Numbered from the stretch's first letter, positions 8,636 through 18,481 are shown. The stretch: DNA of 64,000 nt from Dehalococcoidia bacterium (GCA_963668185.1 OY764162.1:678915-742914); one strand, 5' to 3'. Notes: generated by a model from the sequence alone, not told the origin. Numbers and translations are program-made.

Positions 8636-10678
8636 ATGCCTAACCGCCTCGTACACGAGACCAGCCCTTACCTGCTTCAGCACGCCAACAACCCCGTGGA
8701 CTGGTACCCGTGGGGCGAAGAGGCGTTCGAAGAGGCGCGCTCCAGGGACAAGCCCGTCCTTCTCAGCGTCGGTTACTCCGCCTGCCACTGGTGTCACGTC
8801 ATGGAGCGCGAGTCCTTCGAGCACTTTGAGATCGCCCGGACCATGAACGACAACTTCGTCTGCGTGAAGGTTGACCGCGAAGAGCGGCCTGACGTGGACG
8901 CCATCTACATGACCGCCGTCCAGGCGATGACCGGCCAGGGCGGATGGCCGATGACCGTGTTCCTTACGCCGGACGGAAAGCCGTTCTATGGCGGCACGTA
9001 CTTTCCGCCTCGGGACCGCGGGCCTATGCCCGGCTTTCCCAGGGTGCTGGAGGCGATCAGCCGCTACTACAGCGAACACCGGGGGGAGGTCGATGCAACC
9101 TCCGCCAGGCTGATCGAACAGATCGAGCGGTACCAGTTTGCCGGCCGCGGCGTCGAGCCATTGACTCCGGACCTGCTTCAACGCGCCTACTCCGGGATTC
9201 GCGCGGAGTTCGACCACGTCAACGGAGGCACCGGCTCCCAGCCCAAGTTTCCCCAGCCTATGGTGTACGAGTTCCTGCTTAGGCATCACGTCCGCACGGG
9301 CTCGCCGGACGCCCTGGAGATGGTGGAGCTTACGCTTGACAAGATGGCCCGCGGGGGCATCTACGACCAGCTTGGCGGCGGGTTCCACAGGTACTCCACG
9401 GACGCAATCTGGCTCGTCCCGCACTTCGAGAAGATGCTGTACGACAACGCGCTCCTCGTAAAGCTGTACCTCCACACATACCAGGTCACGCGCAAGCCGC
9501 TCTACAGGAAGGTGATTGAACAGACCCTCGAATACGTAATGCGGGAGATGACCGGCGGCGAAGGCGGCTTCTACTCGGCCCAGGACGCCGACAGCGAGGG
9601 GGTCGAAGGAAAGTTCTTCGTTTGGCGGCCCGACGAAATCAAGTCGGTGCTCGGCGAGGACGATGGTGAACTCGTCAATCTCCACTTCGGCGTGACACAG
9701 CACGGTAACTTCGAGGGCCGCTCCATCCTCTTCGTTGACGGCGAGCGATCGGCAGCACTCGAGAAGTCCCAGCTTTCTGAGGAAGAGTTCGACGCCCTCC
9801 TCGAACGATGCCGCGGGCGGCTCCTGGAGCACAGGGAGCGGCGCATCAAGCCCGAACGAGACGATAAGGTCCTGACCGCATGGAACGGGCTGATGCTCCG
9901 GGCGTTTGCCGAAGCAGCTTCAATACTCGAAGAGTCTGAGTATGCTTCCGTGGCTAGGAAGAACGCCGACTTTCTTCTAACCCGTCTGCTTGAGGACGGG
10001 CGGCTGAAGCGTTCGTTCAAGGACGGCGACGCCAGGCTTAATGCGTACCTTGAGGACTACGCCTTCCTGATCGACGGCCTTCTTGCGCTGCACGAGGCGA
10101 CTTTCGAGTCAAGGTGGCTGGAAGCGGCGATAGAGCTTGGCCGGACGATGATCGACCTGTTCTGGGACGAAGACGAAGGCAGGATGTATGACACGAGCCG
10201 GGACCACGAAAAGCTGATCGTGCGGCCCAGGGACGTATCCGACAACGCAGTCCCCTCCGGGGGAAGCATGGCCGTGGACGTGCTCCTGCGTCTGGCCATC
10301 ATCACTGGCGACAGAGACATGGAGCGCGTGGGCGCAACCGCGCTCAGATCGGTTCGCGAACTCATGCTGATGGCGCCGCTCGGAGCGGGCCAGTGGCTAT
10401 GCGCCCTCGATATGTACCTGTCGGAGCCGCGCGAGATCGCAATCGTGGCGCGGCGCGGCGAGCCTGCCGCTGATGCCCTTGCCGCAGAGGTCTTCCGCCA
10501 TTACATCCCCAACCGTGTCATGGTTGGCGCGGCAGACCCGGCCGAGGCCGTTGAATCTCCCCTCCTGGAGTCGCGCGAAGCCGTGGACAGCGCACCCACC
10601 GCGTACGTCTGCCGCAACTACGTGTGCCAGTTGCCCGTCACAGAACCGCAGACGCTCGCCAACCTGCTAGCGAGTTGA
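8636..10678 (+). CDS. Thioredoxin domain-containing protein (YyaL/SSP411, DUF255 family)
   Basis: MPNRLVHETSPYLLQHANNPVDWYPWG, SACHWCHVMERESF, GGGFHRYSTD...PHFEKMLYDNA. Confidence 0.95.
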   Translation: MPNRLVHETSPYLLQHANNPVDWYPWGEEAFEEARSRDKPVLLSVGYSACHWCHVMERESFEHFEIARTMNDNFVCVKVDREERPDVDAIYMTAVQAMTGQGGWPMTVFLTPDGKPFYGGTYFPPRDRGPMPGFPRVLEAISRYYSEHRGEVDATSARLIEQIERYQFAGRGVEPLTPDLLQRAYSGIRAEFDHVNGGTGSQPKFPQPMVYEFLLRHHVRTGSPDALEMVELTLDKMARGGIYDQLGGGFHRYSTDAIWLVPHFEKMLYDNALLVKLYLHTYQVTRKPLYRKVIEQTLEYVMREMTGGEGGFYSAQDADSEGVEGKFFVWRPDEIKSVLGEDDGELVNLHFGVTQHGNFEGRSILFVDGERSAALEKSQLSEEEFDALLERCRGRLLEHRERRIKPERDDKVLTAWNGLMLRAFAEAASILEESEYASVARKNADFLLTRLLEDGRLKRSFKDGDARLNAYLEDYAFLIDGLLALHEATFESRWLEAAIELGRTMIDLFWDEDEGRMYDTSRDHEKLIVRPRDVSDNAVPSGGSMAVDVLLRLAIITGDRDMERVGATALRSVRELMLMAPLGAGQWLCALDMYLSEPREIAIVARRGEPAADALAAEVFRHYIPNRVMVGAADPAEAVESPLLESREAVDSAPTAYVCRNYVCQLPVTEPQTLANLLAS

Positions 10679-10760
10679 TCGGCGTCGTGGCCGGCGCTAG
10701 AGAGTCGTCTTCAGGCGGCGCAATCCCATGCACCGCCAACCGCAAGCGCGGCGCTCGCGA

Positions 10761-11153
10761 ATGAGCACGGGAGCGCTGGCGACTCTGCTGTTGGTCGGTC
10801 TTGGTGGATTCGCAGGATCGATACTGCGGTACGGCGCCGGCGAGTGGCTTCAGCGACTCTTGGGGGACTCGGCCTTCCCGTTCGGAACGCTGTTCGTCAA
10901 CGCGGCCGGCTGCCTCACGATTGGAATCCTTGCGGGACTCTCCGAGTCCCGCGACCTGCTCACCGAGGACGCGAGAAACTTCCTGTACGTGGGTGTCCTG
11001 GGCGGCTTCACCACGTTCTCGGCGTTCGGGTACCAGACGCTCACACTGATGCGAGACGGCCACACGGCAATGGCCCTCGCAAACGTCGGCCTGCAACTCG
11101 CGCTCGGCCTCAGCGCCGCCGCCGGGGGCTACTTGGCCGCCCGCGCGCTGTAG
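10761..11153 (+). CDS. crcB: Fluoride efflux channel CrcB/Fluc
   Basis: GGFAGSILRY, FPFGTLFVNAAGC, GVLGGFTTFSAF. Confidence 0.93.
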   Translation: MSTGALATLLLVGLGGFAGSILRYGAGEWLQRLLGDSAFPFGTLFVNAAGCLTIGILAGLSESRDLLTEDARNFLYVGVLGGFTTFSAFGYQTLTLMRDGHTAMALANVGLQLALGLSAAAGGYLAARAL

Positions 11154-11162
11154 CGCTGGCCG

Positions 11163-12068
11163 CTAGACCTCCGTATCGTAAACCACCTTCCCGTCCCGCC
11201 ACGTCGGGACAGAGCCGGTAAGGGCTATAGCCCGCCGCCGCGCCTTGATCGCGGCTCGGCGCAAGGCGGCCTCCGCGCCGTCAACGTCACGAGAGTGCGG
11301 GTGCTCTTTACCGTCATTCCCGCGCAGGCGGGAATCCAGGTGCGGCGGGGGTGGGCCGCCTCCCGAAACCTCGGTGTCGTAAACGGTCTCGCCGTCCCGC
11401 CAGGTTGGAACTGAGCCTGTGAGTGCAATCGCTCGCTGCCGCGCCTTCACCGCCGCTCGTCGCATGGCGGCCAACGCGCCGTCGAAGTCGTATGGGCGCC
11501 GGCGTTCTTGGAAAGTCTGCCTGTGTGTTGTTTGGTCATCGGCAACCGCAGTTGGCCCCCGTTCGATGAGCACGGGTGAAGTTCCTGCGCCAGAGAGCAA
11601 CGCCCACTCGTCAACTAAGTCTTTGTAGAGTAGCTCAAAATTGCGCCAGCCTGCGTCAAATCGGCGTCGGATCGTCTCCTCCGGTATATCGTGGCCGCCT
11701 TCGATCACTCGGTTTCGCACCCGTGAGACCGCTATCTCCGGATCCGGCAGACGCAGAAAGTACAACCGCACTCGGTAGCCCTCTGCCTGCCAGCGCGGGA
11801 TCATGCGAGCATAGCCCCGGCCGCTCAGTGTCGTCTCGAAAGCGAAGCTGGCGCCTCTTCGGACGTAGTCTTCGATCATCTCCAGCATCATCCTGCCCGC
11901 GCGGAACGTCTCGCGCTCCGGCTGTAGCGGGTTCAAGCCGGCCGCCAGCAGATCGGCGTTTACGAACGTCGGGCAGTCCGCTTCGTTGACCAGGAACTCC
12001 CTTGCGAACGTGGTCTTGCCCGCCCCGTTCGGGCCGGCGATGATCAGTATCTTCTTCGACGGCTCCAT
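11163..12068 (-). CDS. Zeta-toxin-like P-loop ATPase (COG4185-like) fused to a duplicated C-terminal module
   Basis: IIAGPNGAGKTTFA, FVNAD, FAFETTLSG, RVIEGGHDIPE. Two 41-aa tail repeats. Start at 12068 chosen because it lies 7 nt after a TAAGAT -10. Confidence 0.85.
   Translation of the reverse strand: MEPSKKILIIAGPNGAGKTTFAREFLVNEADCPTFVNADLLAAGLNPLQPERETFRAGRMMLEMIEDYVRRGASFAFETTLSGRGYARMIPRWQAEGYRVRLYFLRLPDPEIAVSRVRNRVIEGGHDIPEETIRRRFDAGWRNFELLYKDLVDEWALLSGAGTSPVLIERGPTAVADDQTTHRQTFQERRRPYDFDGALAAMRRAAVKARQRAIALTGSVPTWRDGETVYDTEVSGGGPPPPHLDSRLRGNDGKEHPHSRDVDGAEAALRRAAIKARRRAIALTGSVPTWRDGKVVYDTEV
11311..11339. repeat. REP/dRS3-like palindrome (ATTCCC-N8-GGGAAT), intragenic copy
   Basis: CCGTCATTCCCGCGCAGGCGGGAATCCAG; variants at 26584-26612 and 39996-40024. 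Confidence 0.8.
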
Positions 12069-12108
12069 GCCCACCATCTTACACCAAGGGCTCCGGGCAA
12101 CCTGAATC

Positions 12109-13599
12109 GTGCCCCTGGCCTGCTATCATTGCGGCTACCAATGCGCGGAGGCCGATGCCCTGTCATCGCAGTTGATCGAAGAACTCAAGGCAGTCGTAGG
12201 GCCGGAGTACGTCGTGCACCTCCCAGAAGACCTGATCGTGTACGAGTACGACGCTTCGATTGATACCGCCGTACCGCTGGCTGTGGTACTACCCGGAACG
12301 TCGGACGAAGTTGCGGAGGTCGTCCGCATCGTCTGCGCTCACGGCGCGCCGGTGGTGCCGCGCGGCGCGGGCACCGGGTTCAGCGGCGGCGCGATTGCCG
12401 GTCCGTCTTCTATCGCGTTGGGCCTCGCCCGCCTGAACCGCGTATTGGAAATCGATACCGGGAACATGCTGGCCACGGTGGAGCCCGGCGTCGTCAACCT
12501 TGAGTTGTCCAACGCAGTAGCGGTCCACGGCCTTTACTACGCGCCCGACCCTTCCAGCCAGCAGGTATGCACGATCGGGGGCAACGTCGCGGAGAACTCC
12601 GGCGGGCCTCACTGTCTGGCTTACGGCGTGACCACAAACCACGTGTTGGCCCTGGAGATTGTGAGAGCCGACGGCTCGGTGGAGTGGATCGGCTCCCCTT
12701 CCCGCGAGACCGCCGGTTACGATCTTCGCGGAGTCGTTGTCGGTTCGGAAGGAACGTTGGCCGTCGTGACCAAGATCGTCGTCAGGCTGCTCAGGAAGCC
12801 GGAGGCCGTCCGGACGCTGCTCGCCGTGTACTCGAAGATGGAGCAGGCCTCAGCAGCCGTTTCCGGGATAATCGCCGCTGGCATTGTGCCGGCCGCCGTG
12901 GAGATGATGGACGCGCTCTGCATCCGCGCGGTCGAGCCGGCCGTCAACGCCGGCTATCCGGCTGACGCCGAGGCGGTGCTCCTGGTTGAAGTGGACGGCC
13001 TTCAGGAAACCGTCGACGAGGAGTCGCGCGACATTGAGGCGGTATGCCGCGAGCATCGGCCAATGGAAATCAGAACAGCGACCGACGAAGGCGAACGGGC
13101 GCGCCTCTGGGCAGGCCGAAAGGGCGCGATCGGCGCACTCGGCCGCCTCGCGCCGAACTACTACCTGCTGGACGGCACGGTGCCCCGCACGAGGCTAATG
13201 GAAGCTATGAACGGCATTGGCGAGATCTCAGAGCAGGTTGGCCTGCCCATCGCCAACGTGCTTCACGCCGGCGACGGCAACCTGCATCCCTGCATACTGT
13301 TCGACATCAGGGACCAGGATCAGACCGCCCGCGCCGTTAAGGCGGGAGGCAGCATACTGGAGTTGTGCGTAGAACTCGGCGGCGTGCTGTCGGGCGAGCA
13401 TGGCATCGGCCTGGAAAAGCAGGAGTTCATGCCGCTCATGTTTACGGAAGACGACATGGAGGCCATGTCCAGGCTGAACCCGGCCTTTGCCTCCGGCGAC
13501 AACTTCAACCCCGGCAAGGTCTTTCCGAAGGGGTCCGAGTACACTGGCATCGATCACTCCGCGCTTGTTGCGCACGCCGGCCCGGCCGCCTACGTGTAG
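12109..13599 (+). CDS. glcD: FAD-linked oxidase, glycolate oxidase subunit GlcD-like
   Basis: PRGAGTGFSGG, YAPDPSSQQVCTIGGNVAENSGGPHCLAYGVT, HAGDGNLHP, SGEHGIGLEK. True start is probably near 12160-12172. Confidence 0.9.
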   Translation: MPLACYHCGYQCAEADALSSQLIEELKAVVGPEYVVHLPEDLIVYEYDASIDTAVPLAVVLPGTSDEVAEVVRIVCAHGAPVVPRGAGTGFSGGAIAGPSSIALGLARLNRVLEIDTGNMLATVEPGVVNLELSNAVAVHGLYYAPDPSSQQVCTIGGNVAENSGGPHCLAYGVTTNHVLALEIVRADGSVEWIGSPSRETAGYDLRGVVVGSEGTLAVVTKIVVRLLRKPEAVRTLLAVYSKMEQASAAVSGIIAAGIVPAAVEMMDALCIRAVEPAVNAGYPADAEAVLLVEVDGLQETVDEESRDIEAVCREHRPMEIRTATDEGERARLWAGRKGAIGALGRLAPNYYLLDGTVPRTRLMEAMNGIGEISEQVGLPIANVLHAGDGNLHPCILFDIRDQDQTARAVKAGGSILELCVELGGVLSGEHGIGLEKQEFMPLMFTEDDMEAMSRLNPAFASGDNFNPGKVFPKGSEYTGIDHSALVAHAGPAAYV

Positions 13600-13614
13600 C
13601 CGGCGGCGCCGAGT

Positions 13615-14907
13615 TTGGCCTTCACGGTCTCTTCAACCTTGACCTCGCACCTCAGCACTTACGATTCTATCGATGGCGTCGTTCCGGGCGCTGCCGTCGA
13701 GCCGCAGTCGGTCGATGATCTTCGCTGTGCCATCGTAGATGCCGCAGATTGCGGCTCAACGGTGGCCCCCGTTGGCGGCGGGACGAGGCTCGACCTCGGG
13801 AACCCGCCGGACTCCCTGGACCTGATGGTTTCCACCCGCCACTTGAACAGGCTCGTCAGGCACACGCCGGACGACCTGACCGCGGCGGCGGAGGCCGGGA
13901 TCACAATCGCCCGTCTCCAGGCCGCTCTCGCTGAGCACGGCCAGTATGTGGCGGTGGACCCGCCGCTGCCGGGGCGCGCAACGCTTGGCGGCACGTTAGC
14001 CGTCGGCTTCTCAGGGCCCGCCAAGTGGCAGTACGGCAACGTGCGCGACTGCGTCATCGGCCTGTCGGTCGTTCAGGCAGACGGCAAGCTCACCAGGAGC
14101 GGCGGCGAGGTGGTCAAGAACGTCTCAGGCTACGACCTCGCTCGCATGCACGTCGGCGCGCTTGGAACGCTCGGGGTGATCGTCGAGGCGTCGCTGAAGT
14201 TGACTCCCCTGCCGCGCACGGAGACCACGCTGCTCGCCGGCTTCACTACCATGAACGCGGCGTGGCAGGTCGGCCTGGCGGTGTTTCAGAGCCGCGTCGT
14301 GCCGCTTGCGCTCACCGTATTCGACGCGCGTGCGGTCAGCCAGCCCGGCATCCCTCTGGGATCGCACGCCGCCTACCTTGCCATCCGCCTGGGAGGCAGG
14401 CCCCTGACGGTGGAGCGCCAGATACGGGAGTGCCGGACGCTGATCGAGCGGTCGGACGGCGCCTTGCCGGAAGCCTTCGACCGCGCCGAAGCGTCTCCCC
14501 TCTGGAACGGCCTGCGTGACTTTGGCTGGAGTGACCGGGCAAGGCCCAGCCTGCTGCTTCGGGCCATGACGACGCCGACGGCCGGCGCAGCCGCACTTGA
14601 TGCCCTCACAGCTTGCGGCGCGGAAGGCCCCAGACCTGCGCTCGTCAGCCACCCGGCGCACGGCACGATAAGCGCGGGCTGGTTCGGCGACGCCGAGGCG
14701 CCGGGCGCCGCCGCGCTGCTCGAAGCCCGCAAGGCGATTGAAGAACTCGGCGGACGCCTTGTAGTAGAGCGCTGCCCGCTCGCGCTGAAGTCGGAGGTCG
14801 ACGTCTGGGGAGACCCCGGGCCGGCACTCGCCACCATGCGCAGACTCAAGAAAGAGTTCGATCCGGCGCGCATCTTCAACCCCGGCCGATATGTGGGCGG
14901 CATCTAG
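13615..14907 (+). CDS. glcE: FAD-binding glycolate oxidase subunit GlcE-like
   Basis: GGGTRL, ATLGG, SGGEVVKNVSGYDL, KKEFDPARIFNPGR. Confidence 0.88.
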   Translation: MAFTVSSTLTSHLSTYDSIDGVVPGAAVEPQSVDDLRCAIVDAADCGSTVAPVGGGTRLDLGNPPDSLDLMVSTRHLNRLVRHTPDDLTAAAEAGITIARLQAALAEHGQYVAVDPPLPGRATLGGTLAVGFSGPAKWQYGNVRDCVIGLSVVQADGKLTRSGGEVVKNVSGYDLARMHVGALGTLGVIVEASLKLTPLPRTETTLLAGFTTMNAAWQVGLAVFQSRVVPLALTVFDARAVSQPGIPLGSHAAYLAIRLGGRPLTVERQIRECRTLIERSDGALPEAFDRAEASPLWNGLRDFGWSDRARPSLLLRAMTTPTAGAAALDALTACGAEGPRPALVSHPAHGTISAGWFGDAEAPGAAALLEARKAIEELGGRLVVERCPLALKSEVDVWGDPGPALATMRRLKKEFDPARIFNPGRYVGGI

Positions 14908-16214
14908 TGTCGACAACTCTGCACACATTCGCGGAAGGCAAGGGGCCGTCCGAGGAGGACCTGTACAAGTGCGTGCACTGCGGGTTCTGCCTGCAGGCGT
15001 GCCCCACCTACGTTGAGACCGGCCTGGAAACCGAGTCTCCGAGGGGCCGGATCGCCCTGATGAAGGCGGTACGCTCCGGCCGGATCGGGATCACGCCAAG
15101 CGTCCTGCAACACTGGGAGCTTTGCATCCAGTGCAGGGCCTGCGAGGCCGCCTGCCCTTCCGGCGTTCCGTATGGCCGCATGATCGAGGCCACTATGGCG
15201 GAGACGGCGCGCCAGCGTTCGTCTTCGTGGATGGCGCGGCTCGCGTCGGCTGTTGCGCTCGACCACGTGCTGCCGCATCAACGCAGGCTGTCGATGGTTA
15301 TAGGCAGCGCGCGCCTCTATCGCAAGACCGGCCTGCACGGGGCTGTTCGCAAGCTGCGGCTGCTCAGGCCGTTCTCGCGCACCCTGAGCGATCTTCACGA
15401 CGCGCTGCCAGCAATTTCGGGGCGGAACTTCGCGGCCAGGGGACAGGTCGTTGCCGCTCGCGGCGAGAAGCGGACGCGCGTCGGCCTACTTGCGGGCTGC
15501 GTCATGCCGCTGGTGCACGGCCCCCAGATGGAGTCCGTCGTGTCCGTGCTTTCGAGGAACGGCTGCGAGGTCGTCGTACCGGAGGGCCAGGCGTGCTGCG
15601 GCGCGATTCACAGCCACGTGGGCGATCTGGACCGGGCCCGAGATCTGGCGCGGGGCAACATCGACGCCTTCTCCCGCACCGGGGTGGACGCCGTGGTCGT
15701 GGCCTCGGCCGGATGCGGCGTTCGCATGAAGGAGTACGGCGACCTGCTGCGGGACGATCCCGAATATGCGGAGCGCGCCGTCCAGTTCGATTCCAAAGTC
15801 AAGGACGTGCACGAGATTCTGAGCGCCCTGCCCTTCAGACCTCCGACCGGCCGGCTCGATTGCAGCGTCACGTACCAGGACTCTTGCCACCTGTCCCACG
15901 CCCAGGGCATCACTCGCCAGCCGAGGGAGTTGATGGACGCCGTCCCCGGACTGAGGCGCGTCGAGATGGAGCACGCGTCGCGCTGCTGCGGCGCCGGCGG
16001 GACGTACACGATCACACAGCGCGACTTCTCCCTGCGCCTGCTGGAGCGCAAGATGCGGACCGTGGCGGCAACCGGCGCGGACGTGCTGGCAACCGCGAAC
16101 CCCGGCTGCGCCATGCAGCTGGAGTACGGCGCGCGGCGTTTCGGCGTGCCGGTGAAGGTGCAGTACGTCACCGACCTTCTCGAAGAGTCGTACAGGCTCG
16201 CCGAAGCTCAGTAG
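14907..16214 (+). CDS. glcF: Fe-S glycolate oxidase subunit GlcF-like (two 4Fe-4S motifs + CCG domains)
   Basis: CVHCGFCLQACPTY, CIQCRACEAACPSGV, CCGA, YQDSCHL, CCGAGG, ANPGC. Confidence 0.92.
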   Translation: MSTTLHTFAEGKGPSEEDLYKCVHCGFCLQACPTYVETGLETESPRGRIALMKAVRSGRIGITPSVLQHWELCIQCRACEAACPSGVPYGRMIEATMAETARQRSSSWMARLASAVALDHVLPHQRRLSMVIGSARLYRKTGLHGAVRKLRLLRPFSRTLSDLHDALPAISGRNFAARGQVVAARGEKRTRVGLLAGCVMPLVHGPQMESVVSVLSRNGCEVVVPEGQACCGAIHSHVGDLDRARDLARGNIDAFSRTGVDAVVVASAGCGVRMKEYGDLLRDDPEYAERAVQFDSKVKDVHEILSALPFRPPTGRLDCSVTYQDSCHLSHAQGITRQPRELMDAVPGLRRVEMEHASRCCGAGGTYTITQRDFSLRLLERKMRTVAATGADVLATANPGCAMQLEYGARRFGVPVKVQYVTDLLEESYRLAEAQ

Positions 16215-16324
16215 AGGCCCACCTTCCTCCATCTGTGGGCGTTTCCCCCTTGAAGAGACCTTCGCCGCGCGGATGCTTTACACTACCCCGCAACACTCAA
16301 GAAAAATCCGAAAGGAGAGGGCTG

Positions 16325-17116
16325 ATGGACCTTGGCCTGAAAGGCAAAGTAGCGGTGATAACGGGCGGCAGCGAGGGCATAGGCAAGGCTTCCGCCGTCA
16401 AGCTGGCGGAGGAGGGCGCCACCGTCGTGATCTGCGCGCGCCGGGAGGACGTGCTGGAGGCCGCGGCCGCCGAGGCCCGCGAGGCATCCGGCGGAGACGT
16501 TACCGGCATATCGACGGACGTCACCGACCCGGCTCAACTCGCGTCCCTGTTCGACCGGGTCGTCGAGACGCACGGCAGGCTGGACATCCTTGTGAACAAC
16601 GCGGGGTCGTCAGCCGCCAGCTACTTCGGCGACGTGTCCGACGAGGAATGGCAGTACGACCTGGACCTGAAGCTGTTCGGCGCGATCAGGTGCTCGCGCC
16701 TCGCGATTCCGCACATGCGCAAGCAGGGCGGCGGCCGCATCGTCAACGTCACCGCGGTCGCGGGCAAGGCGCCTCCGGGCAGTTCCGTGCCCACGTCCGT
16801 CAGCCGCGCGGCCGGCATCGCGCTGACCAAGGTTATGTCCAAGGACTACGCCGCGGACCAGATCCTCGTGAACACGGTGTGCATCGGCCTCGTGAAGAGC
16901 GGCCAGATAGACCGGCAATGGATGGCGGACCGGGAGAACGAGCCGGACCTCACGCGCGACGAGTGGTACGAGCGCAGGGGCAAGGCGATCCCGGTGGGCC
17001 GCGTCGGCGAGGCCGAAGAGGCCGCGAACGTGATCGCATTCCTGGCGTCGGACGCCGCCAGCTACGTCACGGGCAGCTCGATCCACATCGACGGAGGCTC
17101 CGCCGCGACGGTTTAG
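16325..17116 (+). CDS. SDR family oxidoreductase
   Basis: MDLGLKGKVAVITGGSEGIG, LDILVNNAG, ASYVTG; AAGGAG RBS before ATG 16325. Confidence 0.92.
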   Translation: MDLGLKGKVAVITGGSEGIGKASAVKLAEEGATVVICARREDVLEAAAAEAREASGGDVTGISTDVTDPAQLASLFDRVVETHGRLDILVNNAGSSAASYFGDVSDEEWQYDLDLKLFGAIRCSRLAIPHMRKQGGGRIVNVTAVAGKAPPGSSVPTSVSRAAGIALTKVMSKDYAADQILVNTVCIGLVKSGQIDRQWMADRENEPDLTRDEWYERRGKAIPVGRVGEAEEAANVIAFLASDAASYVTGSSIHIDGGSAATV

Positions 17117-17170
17117 GGATTAGTGCGCGGTGCGTGTCGCCGGTGAGGATTACGGAAGGGATGGTGCGGC

Positions 17171-17551
17171 ATGCGCCTCATTGTTTTGCCTCTGCTTGTC
17201 TTTCTGACCTTGGCGGGCATCGCCTGCGCCGGTGATGACGAGCCAACGCCCGGGCTGGTTGACCAAATCTCTTTTGAGTTGGATCCCGGAGTACACGGGC
17301 ACCTGTTCAGCTTGGAGGCGGGAGCCGAGTTGGAGTTGGAGTTCAGGTCGGACTCAGAGGTCGATCTCAGGCTGCTTGACCCAGAAGGCCGCGAATTGGG
17401 CAGTTGGGAGCGGGTCATTCACGTGGACAAGCAGTTATTCGAAGTGGAGTCGGCTGGTCAGCACAAGCTGGAGATTGACAACTCGTCCCCGGGGTCAGCG
17501 CCCACGTCCGTCACCATAACGATGCAAGTGTTTCCGCCTAACGGCGGGTAG
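17171..17551 (+). CDS. Putative lipoprotein with a small beta-sandwich (GOLD/PPC-like) domain
   Basis: Signal peptide ending GIAC (lipobox-like); VDLRLLDPEG, GQHKLEIDNS. Confidence 0.6.
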   Translation: MRLIVLPLLVFLTLAGIACAGDDEPTPGLVDQISFELDPGVHGHLFSLEAGAELELEFRSDSEVDLRLLDPEGRELGSWERVIHVDKQLFEVESAGQHKLEIDNSSPGSAPTSVTITMQVFPPNGG

Positions 17552-17708
17552 GACCGCGTCTGGCCGAATGTCTAGACCGTAGCGTCGGCGCAGGTGAGGA
17601 CAGGCACAGAGACGCGCAGCCCGCACGTAGCATCCCAACAGGCGAGGCCGCTGTGACTTAGGGCAGCCCTATGTGGCGCTTGCCAAACGGTCCAAGTCAC
17701 AGGAGCCA

Positions 17709-18083
17709 TTACCGGCACGCATCCTTCAGATGCTTGGACGCCCGCCGGATCGTCACGCCGACCGGTTCAATGCAGGCCCCAGGCTCCCACGGACTCTCCT
17801 GCCAATACGTAACGATGTCCGCATTCTCAGTAATGTTAGCCGGATCGCTCACGGTAGCTCCCAGGGTGAGCGTGTCAGCTTTCGTATCGTAGCCGCACCT
17901 GCCTAGGGGCAGGTACGAGGAAGCGCCTATCACTTCAAGGCCCACAACGTGACGACTTTCGTCGTCCGTAAGGTGAACCACCACTTCCAACAGATCGAGC
18001 AGAGAGGAGCTCGTTTCCTCATCCTCGCCGGTGAACAGGCGCAGCACGTCAACGTCCTTGTCATACAGAAGCTGCAGGCTCAT
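17709..18083 (-). CDS. DUF2283-like protein with two tandem modules (putative antitoxin)
   Basis: YDKDVDVL...VVGLEVIGAS and YDTKADTL...PVGVTIRRAS. Confidence 0.65.
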   Translation of the reverse strand: MSLQLLYDKDVDVLRLFTGEDEETSSSLLDLLEVVVHLTDDESRHVVGLEVIGASSYLPLGRCGYDTKADTLTLGATVSDPANITENADIVTYWQESPWEPGACIEPVGVTIRRASKHLKDACR

Positions 18084-18432
18084 CACGTACCTCCAGGTTG
18101 TCGTACACTCTCCTAAAGTACGAGTGGTCGCCGCGATTCCACGCTCTCGTCGCGTTCCCGTCAGGAAAAGCGGTCACGATTGTTGCATCATCCATCGAGA
18201 CGACCACCCGAACCACTTTCTCCAACTCCGGCGAGTAGGCCAGGTAGTTCCGGCTACGGCGACCGTGTGAGTCGCTGCGCTCACCCTTCAGCAACCAGTT
18301 ATCCAGCACGTCTTCAACGATCCGCCTTGTGATCCTCCGGTGGGGCTTCTCGACCATGTGACGGCTCAGCGCCCTGATCTTCCCTCCGCCACTCAACTCG
18401 CGTTGAAATCCCGGCCCGCATCTGTCGCTCAC
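18061..18432 (-). CDS. Putative toxin (DUF4258/RelE-like) of a TA pair; start uncertain
   Basis: SRHMVEK..RRITRRIVEDVL, VRVVVS...IVTAFPD; overlaps the DUF2283-like gene. Confidence 0.55.
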   Translation of the reverse strand: MSDRCGPGFQRELSGGGKIRALSRHMVEKPHRRITRRIVEDVLDNWLLKGERSDSHGRRSRNYLAYSPELEKVVRVVVSMDDATIVTAFPDGNATRAWNRGDHSYFRRVYDNLEVRDEPAASV

Positions 18433-18481
18433 CCAAGCACCTGCTTGTCAACACGCTTGCCGATTTAATGATTGTAGCAAT

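Noticed and set aside
10679-10760. Fluoride riboswitch upstream of crcB
   Set aside because: Only a GGCGGCG...CACCGCC hairpin is visible. The consensus elements (GGCGAUGG...GCUGAUGAC) are not present in sense orientation. An Rfam scan would settle it.
12109-12150. CYHCGYQC metal-binding N-terminus on GlcD
   Set aside because: It overlaps a likely extended -10 (TGCTATCAT) and precedes the GGAGG RBS, so it is probably untranslated.
15122-17116. Long ORF-track extensions (664-aa SDR, 663-aa tgt at 54990, 757-aa lhgO at 59792) as fusion proteins
   Set aside because: The N-terminal extensions are shadow frames overlapping real genes. The true starts are at about 16325, 55809 and 60854.
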